From positions 160,001 through 224,000 of the forward strand of contig JBOEGD010000009.1 of NCBI GenBank assembly GCA_050633245.1: DNA of 64,000 nucleotides. Reading direction: 5' to 3'. The notes under the pieces are model-generated. The model was given only the letters and a program-made list of their open reading frames with translations. It searched no databases and was not told where the DNA came from. Origin of the DNA: Calditrichia bacterium. GTDB lineage: Bacteria > Calditrichota > Calditrichia > RBG-13-44-9 > J075. Position 1 is the first letter of the stretch; every line of letters starts with the position of its first letter. Shown here piece after piece: positions 38,496-49,040 of this stretch. The translations under genes and the position numbers were made by a program.

Positions 38496-38930
38496 TTACG
38501 CCTCGTCCTCAATTCGTATTACATATTCGTTGCCGGTCTCCTCAGGGAGATTGAACATTTTGCTGAATTTGGGAAATTTACCAAGCAGTAGCAGCCCTGC
38601 GAATGAAGAGAGCGCGCCCAACAGAATGGTTAGTTCAAATCCAACGACTACAAAGGGCACCCACGAAAGGAATGGTTTTCCACCTACAACCAACGGCCAA
38701 TCAAGAGAGGTCCACGCCTGCAGGGCAAATCCTGTGGTTACACCGGTGAGTCCACCAACAAGTGTAAAGTATTTCAACTTGCTCGGAGGGGTATATTCCT
38801 CAATCAGATGTTCAACATCGTGATCGGGATGGGGCATGAAAATATCCACCTTGTTTGGTGAAAGACCGCCATCAAAGAGCTCTTTTAGCTTTTTCATAAA
38901 GCTGTGCTTATCTCCAAAACGCCATTCCAT
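38496..38930 (-). CDS. actD: Alternative complex III subunit D-like (DUF3341)
   Basis: PHP, GGLTG, WPLVVGGKP...FE.TIL; ATG overlaps the actC stop. Confidence 0.82.
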   Translation of the reverse strand: MEWRFGDKHSFMKKLKELFDGGLSPNKVDIFMPHPDHDVEHLIEEYTPPSKLKYFTLVGGLTGVTTGFALQAWTSLDWPLVVGGKPFLSWVPFVVVGFELTILLGALSSFAGLLLLGKFPKFSKMFNLPEETGNEYVIRIEDEA

Positions 38931-40276
38931 TATTCCACCTCCTCTTTTAGCTCGGTTACAGACAGAACCGGAATTGTGCGAGTAAACAGCAGGAAGAACG
39001 TGAAGAACCATCCAAAGCTACCGATGGTAATGCCCCATTCCGTCATCGTTGGCGTATAGTAACCAAAGTTGTAGGGGTCAAAATCCTGCGCCAAAGAGAG
39101 CACGATAATGTTAAAGCGCTCGAACCACATTCCAATATTAATTGGAATAGAGAGAATCCAGAGAAATAACAGGCTTCGTCTCAATCTTCGAACAAATAGC
39201 GTAAGAGGCGAAACCACGTTACATATAATCATTATCCAATACGCCCAGGCATAGTTGCCAGAGAGACGAAAGGCAAACTGATCGGCTTCATACACGTTAC
39301 CCGCATACACCGACAGTCCGAGTTCGACCATATAAGCATACGACACCACCAATCCGGTGAACATCAGCAACTTAGCCAGTTTTTCAAAGTCGTCGACTGT
39401 AATCAATTTTTCAAGGCCGTAGAGCTTACGCATCGGCACCATCAGCGTAATTACCATTGCACAACCGGAGAAGATAGCACCGGCGACAAAGTATGGAGCG
39501 AAGATGGTTGTGTGCCAACCGTAGACCGCGCCCATTGCAAAGTCCCATGATACAACTGAGTGCACAGACAATACCAGAGGTGCAGCCAGAGCAGCGAGGA
39601 ACTTATAAAGCTGATTGTAGTGCTGCCACTCACGGAAGGAGCCAGTCCATCCGAGTGAAAAGAAACCATAAATATGTTTCTGGAAACCGCTCTTCAAGCG
39701 ACGGGCAATGGCAAGATCAGGAATAAGACCGACATACCAAAACACCACGCTCACTGTAAGATAAGTACTTACCGCAAACACGTCCCAAACCAGGGGCGAC
39801 TTAAAGTTCACCCACAAATAGCGCTGGTTAGGATAAGGTAACAGCCAATAGAACAGCCAGACACGCCCAAGGTGGATCAATGGGAAAAGACCGGCAGTCA
39901 TAACCGCAAATACCGTCATGGCCTCCGCAGCGCGATTAAAGCGACTACGAAATGCAGCGCGGAATAGAAACAGAATAGCAGAGATCAATGTCCCAGAGTG
40001 AGCAATACCAACCCAAAATACGAAGTCTGTGATGTAAACACCCCAGCCAACCGGGTTCATAATACCAGCTTCACCAAGACCGTTGATAATTTGATTAGCC
40101 CAGGACATGGCGCCAATGGCGACCATACTGAGAGATATTATCAAACCAACAATGAAAAGCTTACCCGGTGTAGCAATGGCAGCATACACCGTTTCTTCCA
40201 TTTGGTTTTTCTGAGAGAGAACCTCTTCCGGGGACAGATTTTTACCGCCCTCGAGGGTTACCGTTTCAGAACTCAT
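38930..40276 (-). CDS. actC: Alternative complex III subunit C (NrfD/PsrC family)
   Basis: WGVYITDFVFWVGIAHSGTLISAIL, HLGRVW, SPLVWD, SVHSVVSWDF, PYFVAGAIFSG, GMWFERF. Confidence 0.92.
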   Translation of the reverse strand: MSSETVTLEGGKNLSPEEVLSQKNQMEETVYAAIATPGKLFIVGLIISLSMVAIGAMSWANQIINGLGEAGIMNPVGWGVYITDFVFWVGIAHSGTLISAILFLFRAAFRSRFNRAAEAMTVFAVMTAGLFPLIHLGRVWLFYWLLPYPNQRYLWVNFKSPLVWDVFAVSTYLTVSVVFWYVGLIPDLAIARRLKSGFQKHIYGFFSLGWTGSFREWQHYNQLYKFLAALAAPLVLSVHSVVSWDFAMGAVYGWHTTIFAPYFVAGAIFSGCAMVITLMVPMRKLYGLEKLITVDDFEKLAKLLMFTGLVVSYAYMVELGLSVYAGNVYEADQFAFRLSGNYAWAYWIMIICNVVSPLTLFVRRLRRSLLFLWILSIPINIGMWFERFNIIVLSLAQDFDPYNFGYYTPTMTEWGITIGSFGWFFTFFLLFTRTIPVLSVTELKEEVE

Positions 40277-43185
40277 TAATGTTCCTCCTTACTAGCCAGA
40301 TAGGTAACGGCCGGGTCGACGCCCATATTCACACCATTGGTGTAAAGAACTTTCATTGCCCGTTCCTTCTCTTGAGATTTCTTATATACTTTCGATTCTT
40401 TGTCCAGAGCATTACCGAAGGTGATTGCGTGTGTCGGACAAACCTGAGCACATGCCGTCGTGAAATCACCATCTTTCACCTTACGGCCTTCGTCTTTCGC
40501 ATGATCCTTGGCGCGGCGAATACGCTGAACGCAGAAGGTACACTTCTCCATTACGCCTTTTGGACGAACCCACATATCCGGGTTGATCATTCGGCTCATT
40601 GGCTCTTGCCAATACCCGCGATCTGTCCAGTCGAACCAGTTGAAGCGACGCACTTTATACGGGCAGTTGTTGTGGCAGTAACGCGTTCCAACACAGCGGT
40701 TGTAGACCATTACGTTCAGGCCTTCCGGATTGTGATAGGTGGCGTAAACCGGACAAACGTTCTCGCAAGGAGCGTTGTCGCAGTGCTGGCACATCATTAT
40801 GAGACTGTCCATTGTTCCATCTTCAAAGTAGTAAGGCTGAAAACGAATCCAGGACATTTCACGTCCATTCAGGTTTTCTTCCCGACCCACGACCGGAACA
40901 TTGTTTTCGATATAACAGGCCGCAATACAGGCGTTACAGCCAACACAGCTATCCTGATCAATCGTCATTTCCCACTTGTAGTCGTTATAAACGATCGTCG
41001 GATACAGCGTTTCTTCACCCGTGATATTATCATGCAGTGGATCGTGTGTATGACTGTGATCCGGGCGTACGATAGGACGCTCGCCATGGAACATAAAGCT
41101 ATCGGAGTTCTGAGTCATCTCTCCAGCGGTAATTGCCAGCAGAACGACCTCGTTCGTCTTTTCCAGCTTTATGCCAGAGACTTGCGAGAGAAGTTCACCG
41201 GTGCGATCATCGATCGTCAGCATTGCCGGGTTAATCTGATCGCGATAGATCATTGCAACACCGGTCGGCATGCCAGTCTGCTGCATCGCCGGAAGATTCA
41301 TGGTATCAACACCATTCGAAACGCTTAACACATCACGATTTTTCTTAGTAAAGTTGTCTGTCGTTAGGCCGAGTCCGGCATACTCTTCATTCGAGATCGA
41401 TATCCAACTACCATAACTTACGGTGGTCAGCGGATCGGGAATCTCGGTAAGAAGCGTGATGACCTTGCTTCGACCATCGCCAACACGTGGAGAAAGGCAG
41501 GCGTAAACGGTGATTCCGTCTGAAGCAGCTGGCGCCATTCTGGCGGAGCCAAGAAACGATGCGGTATTACCTTCATTCAGTGAAGCGCTTATGCTGCTGA
41601 CGCTCACCTTGGTAAATCCATCTGTCATCAGCTTGTTAAAACCATCTTCGCCAAGACTGCTTTTCCACTTGTCCTGAACGTGATCGGCATATGTCTTTTC
41701 AGACGCAGGATCCATAATCTTCATTAGAATATCACCTACTGTATGGCTATCATACAGCGGCTGTAGCACAGGCTTCATAAAGCCAACCATGCCGCGTTGC
41801 GTCGAAACATCACCGAATGATTCATATCCATTTGTTAATGGAAGAACAAGATCGGCAGCTTTCGCAGTTGGGGTATCGAACGCGTATTCTTCAATGAAGT
41901 CGGCATCCTGCATCAGGAAGTCCGTCATACAGACAGTCAATCCAGCTTTTGCAAGACCACTTTTCAAGGCTTCTGCGCGATTGTAGGTAGATAACGGATC
42001 AGAGTCAGCAATAAACATTACGCCGACATTTCCAGAGTTTAGACGTTTTTCCAGGCGATCCATATCGGCATAAGAGCCGCAGGAGCTAAAATCGTAGCTG
42101 TTTGTAAAGTCTACCGTGGTATTTACCATTCCGGTAATCCACTGAAGCACTCCGGCAAGCACTGCCGTTTCAAGTCCATTCTTTTGTGCCGTTGAAACGC
42201 CACCGGCAATAACCAGCGGATTGCGAGCTTTTACAAATCCCTGAGTAATCTTTTTCAGCGTATCGTCAGACAGACCGGTCATTTCAGCGGCTTTATCTGC
42301 TGAGACTTTCGGAAGCGCATTGGCGAGGTTGGCTGAGAGGGACTTTCGTGCCAGATCGTTTTGGGTTAGGAACCCAATAATATAAGCCAGTAGATACGGC
42401 TCACTTCCGGGCTTCACGGCCAGCTTATAGTCCGCTTTAAAACCACTCATAGATGCATGTGGTTCGGCGTGCATCCACTTCAGGTGCGTATCGTGGCGGG
42501 CATCGACCAGCTGGGAAGAAAAACTTACCGGATTCACAAATGTTTCCAGCAAATCAGCGCCTACCGTCAGCAGAAAGTCGGCGTCTTTGATCTTGTAATC
42601 CGGAACTGCGTCTACTCCAAAGAGCATCACGTTTGCCCGTCGCAACGTATTATATGCCTGCGGCTCAAATTCCGGAAGTCGCTCTACACCGGTTTCAGAG
42701 GCAAAAGAATTTATCACCTCGCTCAGCGTTCCGCTGGTGCGACCGGAGAGGAACAAACTTTGTTTTCCGGCACCGTTGGCTTTAGTCAGTTCATTTTCAA
42801 TAAGCTTAAATGCTTCATCCCAGCTAATCTGTAAATAGACACCATCTTTTTTCAGCATAGGTGTTTTCAAACGCATCGGATGATACAGGCGCATTAGAGA
42901 AGCCTGACAGCGCATACACGTAGCCCCTTTACTGCCGGGGTGTGCCTTATTTCCTTCGATCTTGATTGGGTTATAGTCAACCAGCTTAACCGAAACGCCG
43001 CAGCCACTCCCGCACTCAGTGCAAGTGGTATTACGATACATCGGCTCACCGGGTAAATAATCCGGATCGGTAGGTGCATACATTTTTGAGAGAATTTTTT
43101 CCGTGCTGTATTCCACGCCGCAGGAGGAGATTACCGCAGCACTGGAAGCCATTCCCATAAATTTCAAGAAGTCTCGTCTATCCAT
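40276..43185 (-). CDS. actB: Alternative complex III subunit B (molybdopterin-oxidoreductase-like plus Fe-S domains)
   Basis: Tat/lipoprotein signal DRRDFLK...SSC; KIEGN..HP; Fe-S motifs CVGCNACIAAC, CQHCDNAPC..VCP, CVGTRYCHNNCPY, GVMEKCTFCVQR. Confidence 0.9.
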   Translation of the reverse strand: MDRRDFLKFMGMASSAAVISSCGVEYSTEKILSKMYAPTDPDYLPGEPMYRNTTCTECGSGCGVSVKLVDYNPIKIEGNKAHPGSKGATCMRCQASLMRLYHPMRLKTPMLKKDGVYLQISWDEAFKLIENELTKANGAGKQSLFLSGRTSGTLSEVINSFASETGVERLPEFEPQAYNTLRRANVMLFGVDAVPDYKIKDADFLLTVGADLLETFVNPVSFSSQLVDARHDTHLKWMHAEPHASMSGFKADYKLAVKPGSEPYLLAYIIGFLTQNDLARKSLSANLANALPKVSADKAAEMTGLSDDTLKKITQGFVKARNPLVIAGGVSTAQKNGLETAVLAGVLQWITGMVNTTVDFTNSYDFSSCGSYADMDRLEKRLNSGNVGVMFIADSDPLSTYNRAEALKSGLAKAGLTVCMTDFLMQDADFIEEYAFDTPTAKAADLVLPLTNGYESFGDVSTQRGMVGFMKPVLQPLYDSHTVGDILMKIMDPASEKTYADHVQDKWKSSLGEDGFNKLMTDGFTKVSVSSISASLNEGNTASFLGSARMAPAASDGITVYACLSPRVGDGRSKVITLLTEIPDPLTTVSYGSWISISNEEYAGLGLTTDNFTKKNRDVLSVSNGVDTMNLPAMQQTGMPTGVAMIYRDQINPAMLTIDDRTGELLSQVSGIKLEKTNEVVLLAITAGEMTQNSDSFMFHGERPIVRPDHSHTHDPLHDNITGEETLYPTIVYNDYKWEMTIDQDSCVGCNACIAACYIENNVPVVGREENLNGREMSWIRFQPYYFEDGTMDSLIMMCQHCDNAPCENVCPVYATYHNPEGLNVMVYNRCVGTRYCHNNCPYKVRRFNWFDWTDRGYWQEPMSRMINPDMWVRPKGVMEKCTFCVQRIRRAKDHAKDEGRKVKDGDFTTACAQVCPTHAITFGNALDKESKVYKKSQEKERAMKVLYTNGVNMGVDPAVTYLASKEEH

Positions 43186-43203
43186 TACAATTCTCCAATA
43201 ACA

Positions 43204-43716
43204 TTATTTATGGCAGGTAGCACAGTCCCACTCAGCACCATTTTGTCTGTGACAGGAAACGCAAAACCCCATCTGGAAGGTGCGCACGCGTTTTACTTTC
43301 TTAACAACCGTCATGTCTCCATGGCAGCTTTCACATTCCACACCGGCGGCAATGTGACGCTTATGAGAAAAATAAACATGGTCGGGCACTTGGTGGATAC
43401 GACTCCACGGAACCGGCTCTTTCTTCTCCCAGTAAGCTTTCAATTTATCGATTTCCGGTCCTTTTACAGCTGTATTTTGCTCGTGGCAGTTCATACAGAT
43501 TTGTAGAGGAGGAATTCCGGCATGTTTGGATTTTTCCACATAAAGGTGACAAGTGGTGCATTCCAGCTGCTGATTCCCGGCATGGAGGTCATGGGGAAAA
43601 TTGATGGGCTGCGGTTCGGGCTCTTCGAAAGTGTCCCAATAGACACCGGCGCCAACCATTGCAACCATCAGGAACACAAACAATCCCGCCAGAGCGGTCG
43701 GAATAACAAAACGCAT
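43204..43716 (-). CDS. actA: Alternative complex III pentaheme cytochrome c subunit A
   Basis: TM anchor, QPINFPH, five CxxCH motifs, PDHVYFSH. Confidence 0.9.
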   Translation of the reverse strand: MRFVIPTALAGLFVFLMVAMVGAGVYWDTFEEPEPQPINFPHDLHAGNQQLECTTCHLYVEKSKHAGIPPLQICMNCHEQNTAVKGPEIDKLKAYWEKKEPVPWSRIHQVPDHVYFSHKRHIAAGVECESCHGDMTVVKKVKRVRTFQMGFCVSCHRQNGAEWDCATCHK

Positions 43717-43778
43717 TGTGGTCTCCTGTATCTCTATCTCTTATATCTTAGACTGTTTTTATTCAACTCTATTTTCGA

Positions 43779-45104
43779 TTACTGCTGTTGGAATTCTTCC
43801 ATACGCTTCAACAAATACATTGCAGCAGACTCCGCTTCAAACGGCTTCAATCCCTGGCTAGGCATTGCCGGGTAATTGGCATCTACTTTAATCGGATTGT
43901 AGATATATTCCTTCAGCGCTTCTACATCGCCATTGTATTTCGGTACAACATCGATATGCGGCGGTCCAACCAGCTTCACGTCAAAACGGTGACAAGCCGC
44001 ACACTTTGCAGCGTAGATCTCTTCACCCAACTCAATAGAAGCCTCAACACCGCGTGATTTCTCGGAACGAGCGATCTCAATGTCAAAGGCGACCTTTTCA
44101 GCGATTTGGTCCAGCTTATAATTTTGATACAGTAGTGAATTTCCGCGAGCGGCGCTTTCGGTAACAAACGTCATTAGAAAGAAGCCAAGCAGGAAAACAA
44201 AAACACTGGTTGCCGGAGCGGTAGTCTTACTGCTCAAAATACCATAGCTTCGCAGCACGGCAAGCATCAGAAAGAAGAGCACCACTACGCCAAGCAGGTA
44301 AACGAGCTTCGATTTTGCCGGGTACGGCAGTGTCACCATAAACCAGAGAAACATCAATGCCGAAAGTATGGAAAATGCCAACGTTGTGCCGCCACCAACA
44401 TTTCGAACCAGACCACGATAATCGGTCCCCATCTCCTCTTCTTTGCCGCCGTCCCAACGAAAGAAGTAGAATAAAATGGATGCGCCGGTAAACGCAAGAG
44501 ACGCGAACAGAAATAGCTTAAAGCGGGCGATCATATTCCAGTCAAACGTCAATGGAATGATGGACTGAATCTGATCCCACTTTTCCGGCCACATTAATAC
44601 CGTCACTGAACTCACAAAGGCAAAAATCCCCGCCGTTAGCGTGCCAGCGGAACCAAGCCCGAGAAAGGCATGCATGCCGATTGATTTGTCGCGAGTGGCA
44701 AAGCTTTTGTTAAAGACATACGCACTTATAATACCAGCGGCAATCAAAATTGTGGTAATCAGTAAATATTGGCCGATGTTTGCATAAATAACCGAACCAT
44801 ACATTAACTGAGAGAACGCAATCAGCATAGTTACCAGCGGCAGAATGGCGAGAACCAATCCCGCGACCAGATTATTTCCAAGCATACCCATTACCTCTTC
44901 AGAGAAGCGCGACAAAAGCGGCTTTTCTTCGAAGTGTCCCTTGGTACTGGCGGCAAGCGAAAATACAACGCTCCCAAAAAGCACACTGATATAAGGAACA
45001 AAAAGGAATGAGAGAACTATAACAATATACCTGGCGATAACAATGAAGTCTGCCCTGGGTTCGTACAGTGGAAGAAGCGACTGTACAACGTTTAACGAAT
45101 CCAT
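43779..45104 (-). CDS. Polytopic membrane protein with C-terminal class I monoheme cytochrome c
   Basis: About 9-10 TM segments, then GEEIYAAKCAACH...VGP...YPAMP. Confidence 0.82.
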   Translation of the reverse strand: MDSLNVVQSLLPLYEPRADFIVIARYIVIVLSFLFVPYISVLFGSVVFSLAASTKGHFEEKPLLSRFSEEVMGMLGNNLVAGLVLAILPLVTMLIAFSQLMYGSVIYANIGQYLLITTILIAAGIISAYVFNKSFATRDKSIGMHAFLGLGSAGTLTAGIFAFVSSVTVLMWPEKWDQIQSIIPLTFDWNMIARFKLFLFASLAFTGASILFYFFRWDGGKEEEMGTDYRGLVRNVGGGTTLAFSILSALMFLWFMVTLPYPAKSKLVYLLGVVVLFFLMLAVLRSYGILSSKTTAPATSVFVFLLGFFLMTFVTESAARGNSLLYQNYKLDQIAEKVAFDIEIARSEKSRGVEASIELGEEIYAAKCAACHRFDVKLVGPPHIDVVPKYNGDVEALKEYIYNPIKVDANYPAMPSQGLKPFEAESAAMYLLKRMEEFQQQ

Positions 45105-45539
45105 ACTATGCAGCTCCTTATATAGTATTGAAAATTACTTTAGCAATTCTGATATGCATTGTCATATGTGTGATGGACAGCGATACAGCAATTTTTGATG
45201 GCGAATTTTTAGTGAAAGACAGGCTTTTTTTAACGCTTATTCCCTATCCCCCCGGGCAAAATAAGCTATGCACTTAACTTCCAAATCCACACTAGCTGCA
45301 TAAGATAATAAAAGAAATTCTATTAAGTAAGAATTACTTTTAAAAATCTTAGGGCTAAACGTATCCTTTTGTAAAACAAACTATTTATTTCACAAGCACT
45401 GGAAAATATAACATATCAGATGTCAAATACAAGACTTTGTGAAAAAAATTTCAAGAGAATTCAACACGCATTTACCCAATCACAAACTGACCCAAAAACG
45501 ATTAATATTCGTTCTAATCCTAGTATTATCGAACGTCTG

Positions 45540-46919
45540 TCAGTTTTCTTTAAGGGCAGCAAGCGATTCCTGAATCATCTTTTTACCGTCACCGAAAAGC
45601 ATCAGCGCATTGTCAGCAGCAAAAAGTGGGTTGGGAATCCCGGCAAAGCCCGGACTTAAGCTGCGTTTGATAACGATAACCGTGCGAGCCATGTCTACAT
45701 TGATAATCGGCATTCCGGCAATCGCACTCTTTGGGTCTGTTCTGGCAAGTGGATTAACCACATCGTTTGCTCCAAGTACAATTGCAACATCTACCTGTTC
45801 AATAGTTTGGTTTACAGCGTCCATTTCCAACAGCTTATCGTAGGGAATATCTGCCTCAGCCAGAAGCACATTCATGTGCCCGGGCATACGTCCGGCAACC
45901 GGGTGAATAGCAAAGTCGACATTCACTCCCCTTCCCTCCAGCAAATTGAACAGATCGCGTACTGCATGTTGAGCCTGAGCAACTGCCATCCCATAGCCGG
46001 GGACTATCGTTACCTGACGAGCCGTATCCAGCAGGATTGCCAGTTCATCAGGTGAGGTGCGCTTAATCTTGCCTTCATAAACATCATCCGCGCTGGCTGC
46101 TTCCGTCACTTCTCCAAATCCACCAAAAAGCACGTTGGTCAAAGAACGATTCATGGCCTTGCACATAATATTGGTTAGGATCAGTCCTGAGGCACCAACT
46201 AATGAACCGGCAATAATAAGAACACTGTTAGATAGCACAAACCCTGTGGCAGAAGCGGCAAGCCCGGAATAGCTGTTAAGCAGTGCCACAACAACCGGCA
46301 TATCAGCTCCGCCAATCGGCAGCACCAGAATAACGCCGAGTGCACATGCCACGGCAATCATTATCCAATACATATCGGTAGCTTCAGGCTGCTGCACCAC
46401 CATTACTCCCAACGCCACGCTTCCAACCAAAAAAAGGAGCTTAACAATTTGTTCGCCTGTATAGCGCACCGGCTTTTCAGTCACAAAACCTTTCAGCTTG
46501 CCAAAAGCAATTAGACTTCCCAGGAATGTAACCGATCCAATAATACCAGACGTCGCGATGGCAATTAGTGGGGTTAACTGAAGCGTTAGCTCACCACCGC
46601 GCATAAGCTCGGCACCGGCAATTAGAAAAGACGCCAGGCCACCAAAACCATTTAGCACGGCAACCAACTCCGGCATAGACGTCATTTCGATCTTTATCGC
46701 AAGCATCGCGCCGATCAGTGAACCGATCAATACGCCCACCAGGATCAAGTCAAAGCTAAGCCCGCCTTGGAGTAGCGTGGCAACTATAGCAACGAACATA
46801 CCCAAAGCACCGAGTAAATTCCCGCGCACCGCCGTTCGTGGGTGTGACAGGCCTTTTAGTCCTAATATAAAGAGAACCGAGGCCACTAAATAAGACAATG
46901 CAATAAGCTGAGTAGACAT
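45540..46919 (-). CDS. pntB: NAD(P) transhydrogenase beta subunit
   Basis: IGGADMPVV..LNSYSG, PGYGMAVAQAQ, HPVAGRMPGHMNVLLAEA, GANDVVNP. Confidence 0.97.
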   Translation of the reverse strand: MSTQLIALSYLVASVLFILGLKGLSHPRTAVRGNLLGALGMFVAIVATLLQGGLSFDLILVGVLIGSLIGAMLAIKIEMTSMPELVAVLNGFGGLASFLIAGAELMRGGELTLQLTPLIAIATSGIIGSVTFLGSLIAFGKLKGFVTEKPVRYTGEQIVKLLFLVGSVALGVMVVQQPEATDMYWIMIAVACALGVILVLPIGGADMPVVVALLNSYSGLAASATGFVLSNSVLIIAGSLVGASGLILTNIMCKAMNRSLTNVLFGGFGEVTEAASADDVYEGKIKRTSPDELAILLDTARQVTIVPGYGMAVAQAQHAVRDLFNLLEGRGVNVDFAIHPVAGRMPGHMNVLLAEADIPYDKLLEMDAVNQTIEQVDVAIVLGANDVVNPLARTDPKSAIAGMPIINVDMARTVIVIKRSLSPGFAGIPNPLFAADNALMLFGDGKKMIQESLAALKEN

Positions 46920-46922
46920 GGC

Positions 46923-47234
46923 CTAGTCCTTTCTCTTAAACATTTCAAGCATACGGTGAGTGACCATAAAACCGCCAACCACATTAATCGTCGCAAAGAT
47001 AACCGCCAGCATGCCAAGAATACTGGTGAGTGGATAACCAAGCACCATCGTGCTGGAAAGAGATCCTTCAACGCTTAGCCCTGCAGACAGAAGCGCTCCC
47101 ACGATGGTAATACCAGAGATCGCATTCGATCCTGACATCAGCGGCGTGTGCAGCGTAGATGGCACTTTAGTAATCAGCTCGAACCCTAGAAATATAGCGA
47201 GCACAAATACGGTTAAAGCAGCTAAAAATTCCAT
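46923..47234 (-). CDS. pntAB: NAD(P) transhydrogenase alpha subunit, part 2 (membrane)
   Basis: VPSTLHTPLMSGSNAISGI, INVVGGFMVTHRMLEMF. Confidence 0.95.
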   Translation of the reverse strand: MEFLAALTVFVLAIFLGFELITKVPSTLHTPLMSGSNAISGITIVGALLSAGLSVEGSLSSTMVLGYPLTSILGMLAVIFATINVVGGFMVTHRMLEMFKRKD

Positions 47235-47273
47235 ATTTACAATCCTGCTTTTATCACTGGTATAGTCGTTTAA

Positions 47274-48428
47274 TCAGCTTATTGACAGCGCGGTTTTCAC
47301 ACGCTCGTTTACAATCTTTCCATCCTGAGTAATAAGAGAATCACGAATAATTTCATCTTCCATATCAATAGTTAATTGCCCCTCTTTCACGAACAGCCCC
47401 ATCAGGTTGGTCAAATTCTTCGAATAGGCCTGACTGGCATGGTAGGCAACGCGCGACGGAAGGTTGGTTGTTCCAACGATTGTAACGCCGTGTTTCTCAA
47501 CAACCTTATCTGCTTCGGTGAGCTCACAGTTTCCTCCGCGCTCCGCAGCAAGGTCGATAATAACCGATCGTGGTGGCATTGCTTCCACCATTGCCGCAGT
47601 AACCAGGATCGGAGCCTTTTTGCCGGGAATCGCGGCGGTTGTAATCACCACGTCCGTCTCGGATAAAATGCCGGTCATAAACTCACGCTGCTTGCGATAG
47701 AACTCTTCATCCATTTCCTTGGCGTAGCCACCCTTGTCTTCTGCGGCATCGGCCTCCAGCTCCATCTCTGCAAAGCGAGCACCCAGGCTCTCTACCTGCT
47801 CTTTTACTGCCGGACGCACGTCGTACGCCGTAACTACGGCACCCAGCCTTCTGGCAGTTGCAATCGCCTGCAGCCCTGCAACTCCGGCACCGAGAATAAA
47901 TACCTTCGCCGGAACGAGCGTGCCGGCAGCGGTCATCATCATCGGAAACAGCTTGGGCAGATAGTCTGCTGCCATCAAAACAGATTTATAGCCGGCCAGA
48001 TTGGCCATCGAAGACAGCGCATCCATACTTTGTGCTCTGGTTATGCGCGGAATCAGCTCCATGGCCATTGCCGAGACGCCGGCTTTAGCCAATGCCTCAA
48101 TTTCTTTCTTAGCCGTAAGCGGCTCACTAAACCCTATTTGCAGCTGCCCCTTTTTCGCGGAGGCTAAGTCGGATGTTCCAAGATCGGGATTCGCTCCCAG
48201 CCCACGCACTTGAAGCAACACATCGGCTTTCTGCAAAATATCTTTGCGTGCTGAAACGATGGATGCGCCTACCGCTTCATACGTTGAATCGGGGAATCCC
48301 GCCTCGGCTCCGGCACCACTTTCAACCAGAACCTCAACACCTGATTTTTTCAACGTTGTTACACCGGCGGGAATCAGCGCGACGCGCTTTTCACCCGGAA
48401 ACGTTTCCTTCACAACACCTGCTATCAT
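47274..48428 (-). CDS. pntAA: NAD(P) transhydrogenase alpha subunit, part 1
   Basis: GEKRVA, PRITRAQSMDALSS, GAGVAGLQAI, GGYAK, TAAIPGKKAP. Confidence 0.96.
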   Translation of the reverse strand: MIAGVVKETFPGEKRVALIPAGVTTLKKSGVEVLVESGAGAEAGFPDSTYEAVGASIVSARKDILQKADVLLQVRGLGANPDLGTSDLASAKKGQLQIGFSEPLTAKKEIEALAKAGVSAMAMELIPRITRAQSMDALSSMANLAGYKSVLMAADYLPKLFPMMMTAAGTLVPAKVFILGAGVAGLQAIATARRLGAVVTAYDVRPAVKEQVESLGARFAEMELEADAAEDKGGYAKEMDEEFYRKQREFMTGILSETDVVITTAAIPGKKAPILVTAAMVEAMPPRSVIIDLAAERGGNCELTEADKVVEKHGVTIVGTTNLPSRVAYHASQAYSKNLTNLMGLFVKEGQLTIDMEDEIIRDSLITQDGKIVNERVKTALSIS

Positions 48429-48891
48429 AGCAAAATCTCCACGTTTGAGATCGAGGATAAAATTTGTCTGGAAATTGATTGGGGAGTCTTAGTCTTGTGG
48501 CAATGAATGAGCCGAAAGAAGCAGCAGAAGCTAGTTAAAAAACCGCAATTGTGCATACGTATTGCCACCGGCAAAAGAGTTGATCAAAATTCTATTAAGT
48601 GAGGCTAAAGCGATTAAAGCATATTCATTCTAAAAATCTAGCTAATCATGCGGACTTATCAAACAAGAAGGTGTAAAAAAATACAACAATTTTTTGCCGT
48701 GCCGCAGGAACAACCCGGCCTGGGATATGAATTGCATAATAAAGATTTTTTTATGTACCAAAACACAAGATACCAGAGCACCAGCTAAAAGACATAATTC
48801 ACCGTAATCCGCAGAAAGCTCTACACTCTACACATCATGCATAATCTCAACTCAGCACAGAGGTAAGGCTTTACCCCGAGGCAGACATAAC

Positions 48892-48916
48892 AAAAAAAGC
48901 CCGCATTGCGGGCTTT
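48892..48916 (-). terminator. Intrinsic terminator downstream of lipA
   Basis: Minus strand AAAGCCCGCAATGCGGGCTTTTTTT. Confidence 0.8.
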
Positions 48917-49040
48917 AGTCGTTTTTTACAAAAATTTTATTCAGGCCTGAGAAAATAGCCGGACCTCACATATCGCGCATCATAATCATCATTCAAGTTT
49001 CATCCTGCAAATCGATTATGGTTCATCCGTTTCATCAATT

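Noticed and set aside
40279-41328. 349-aa plus-strand ORF
   Set aside because: Antisense shadow of the actB Fe-S domain, with no recognisable motifs.
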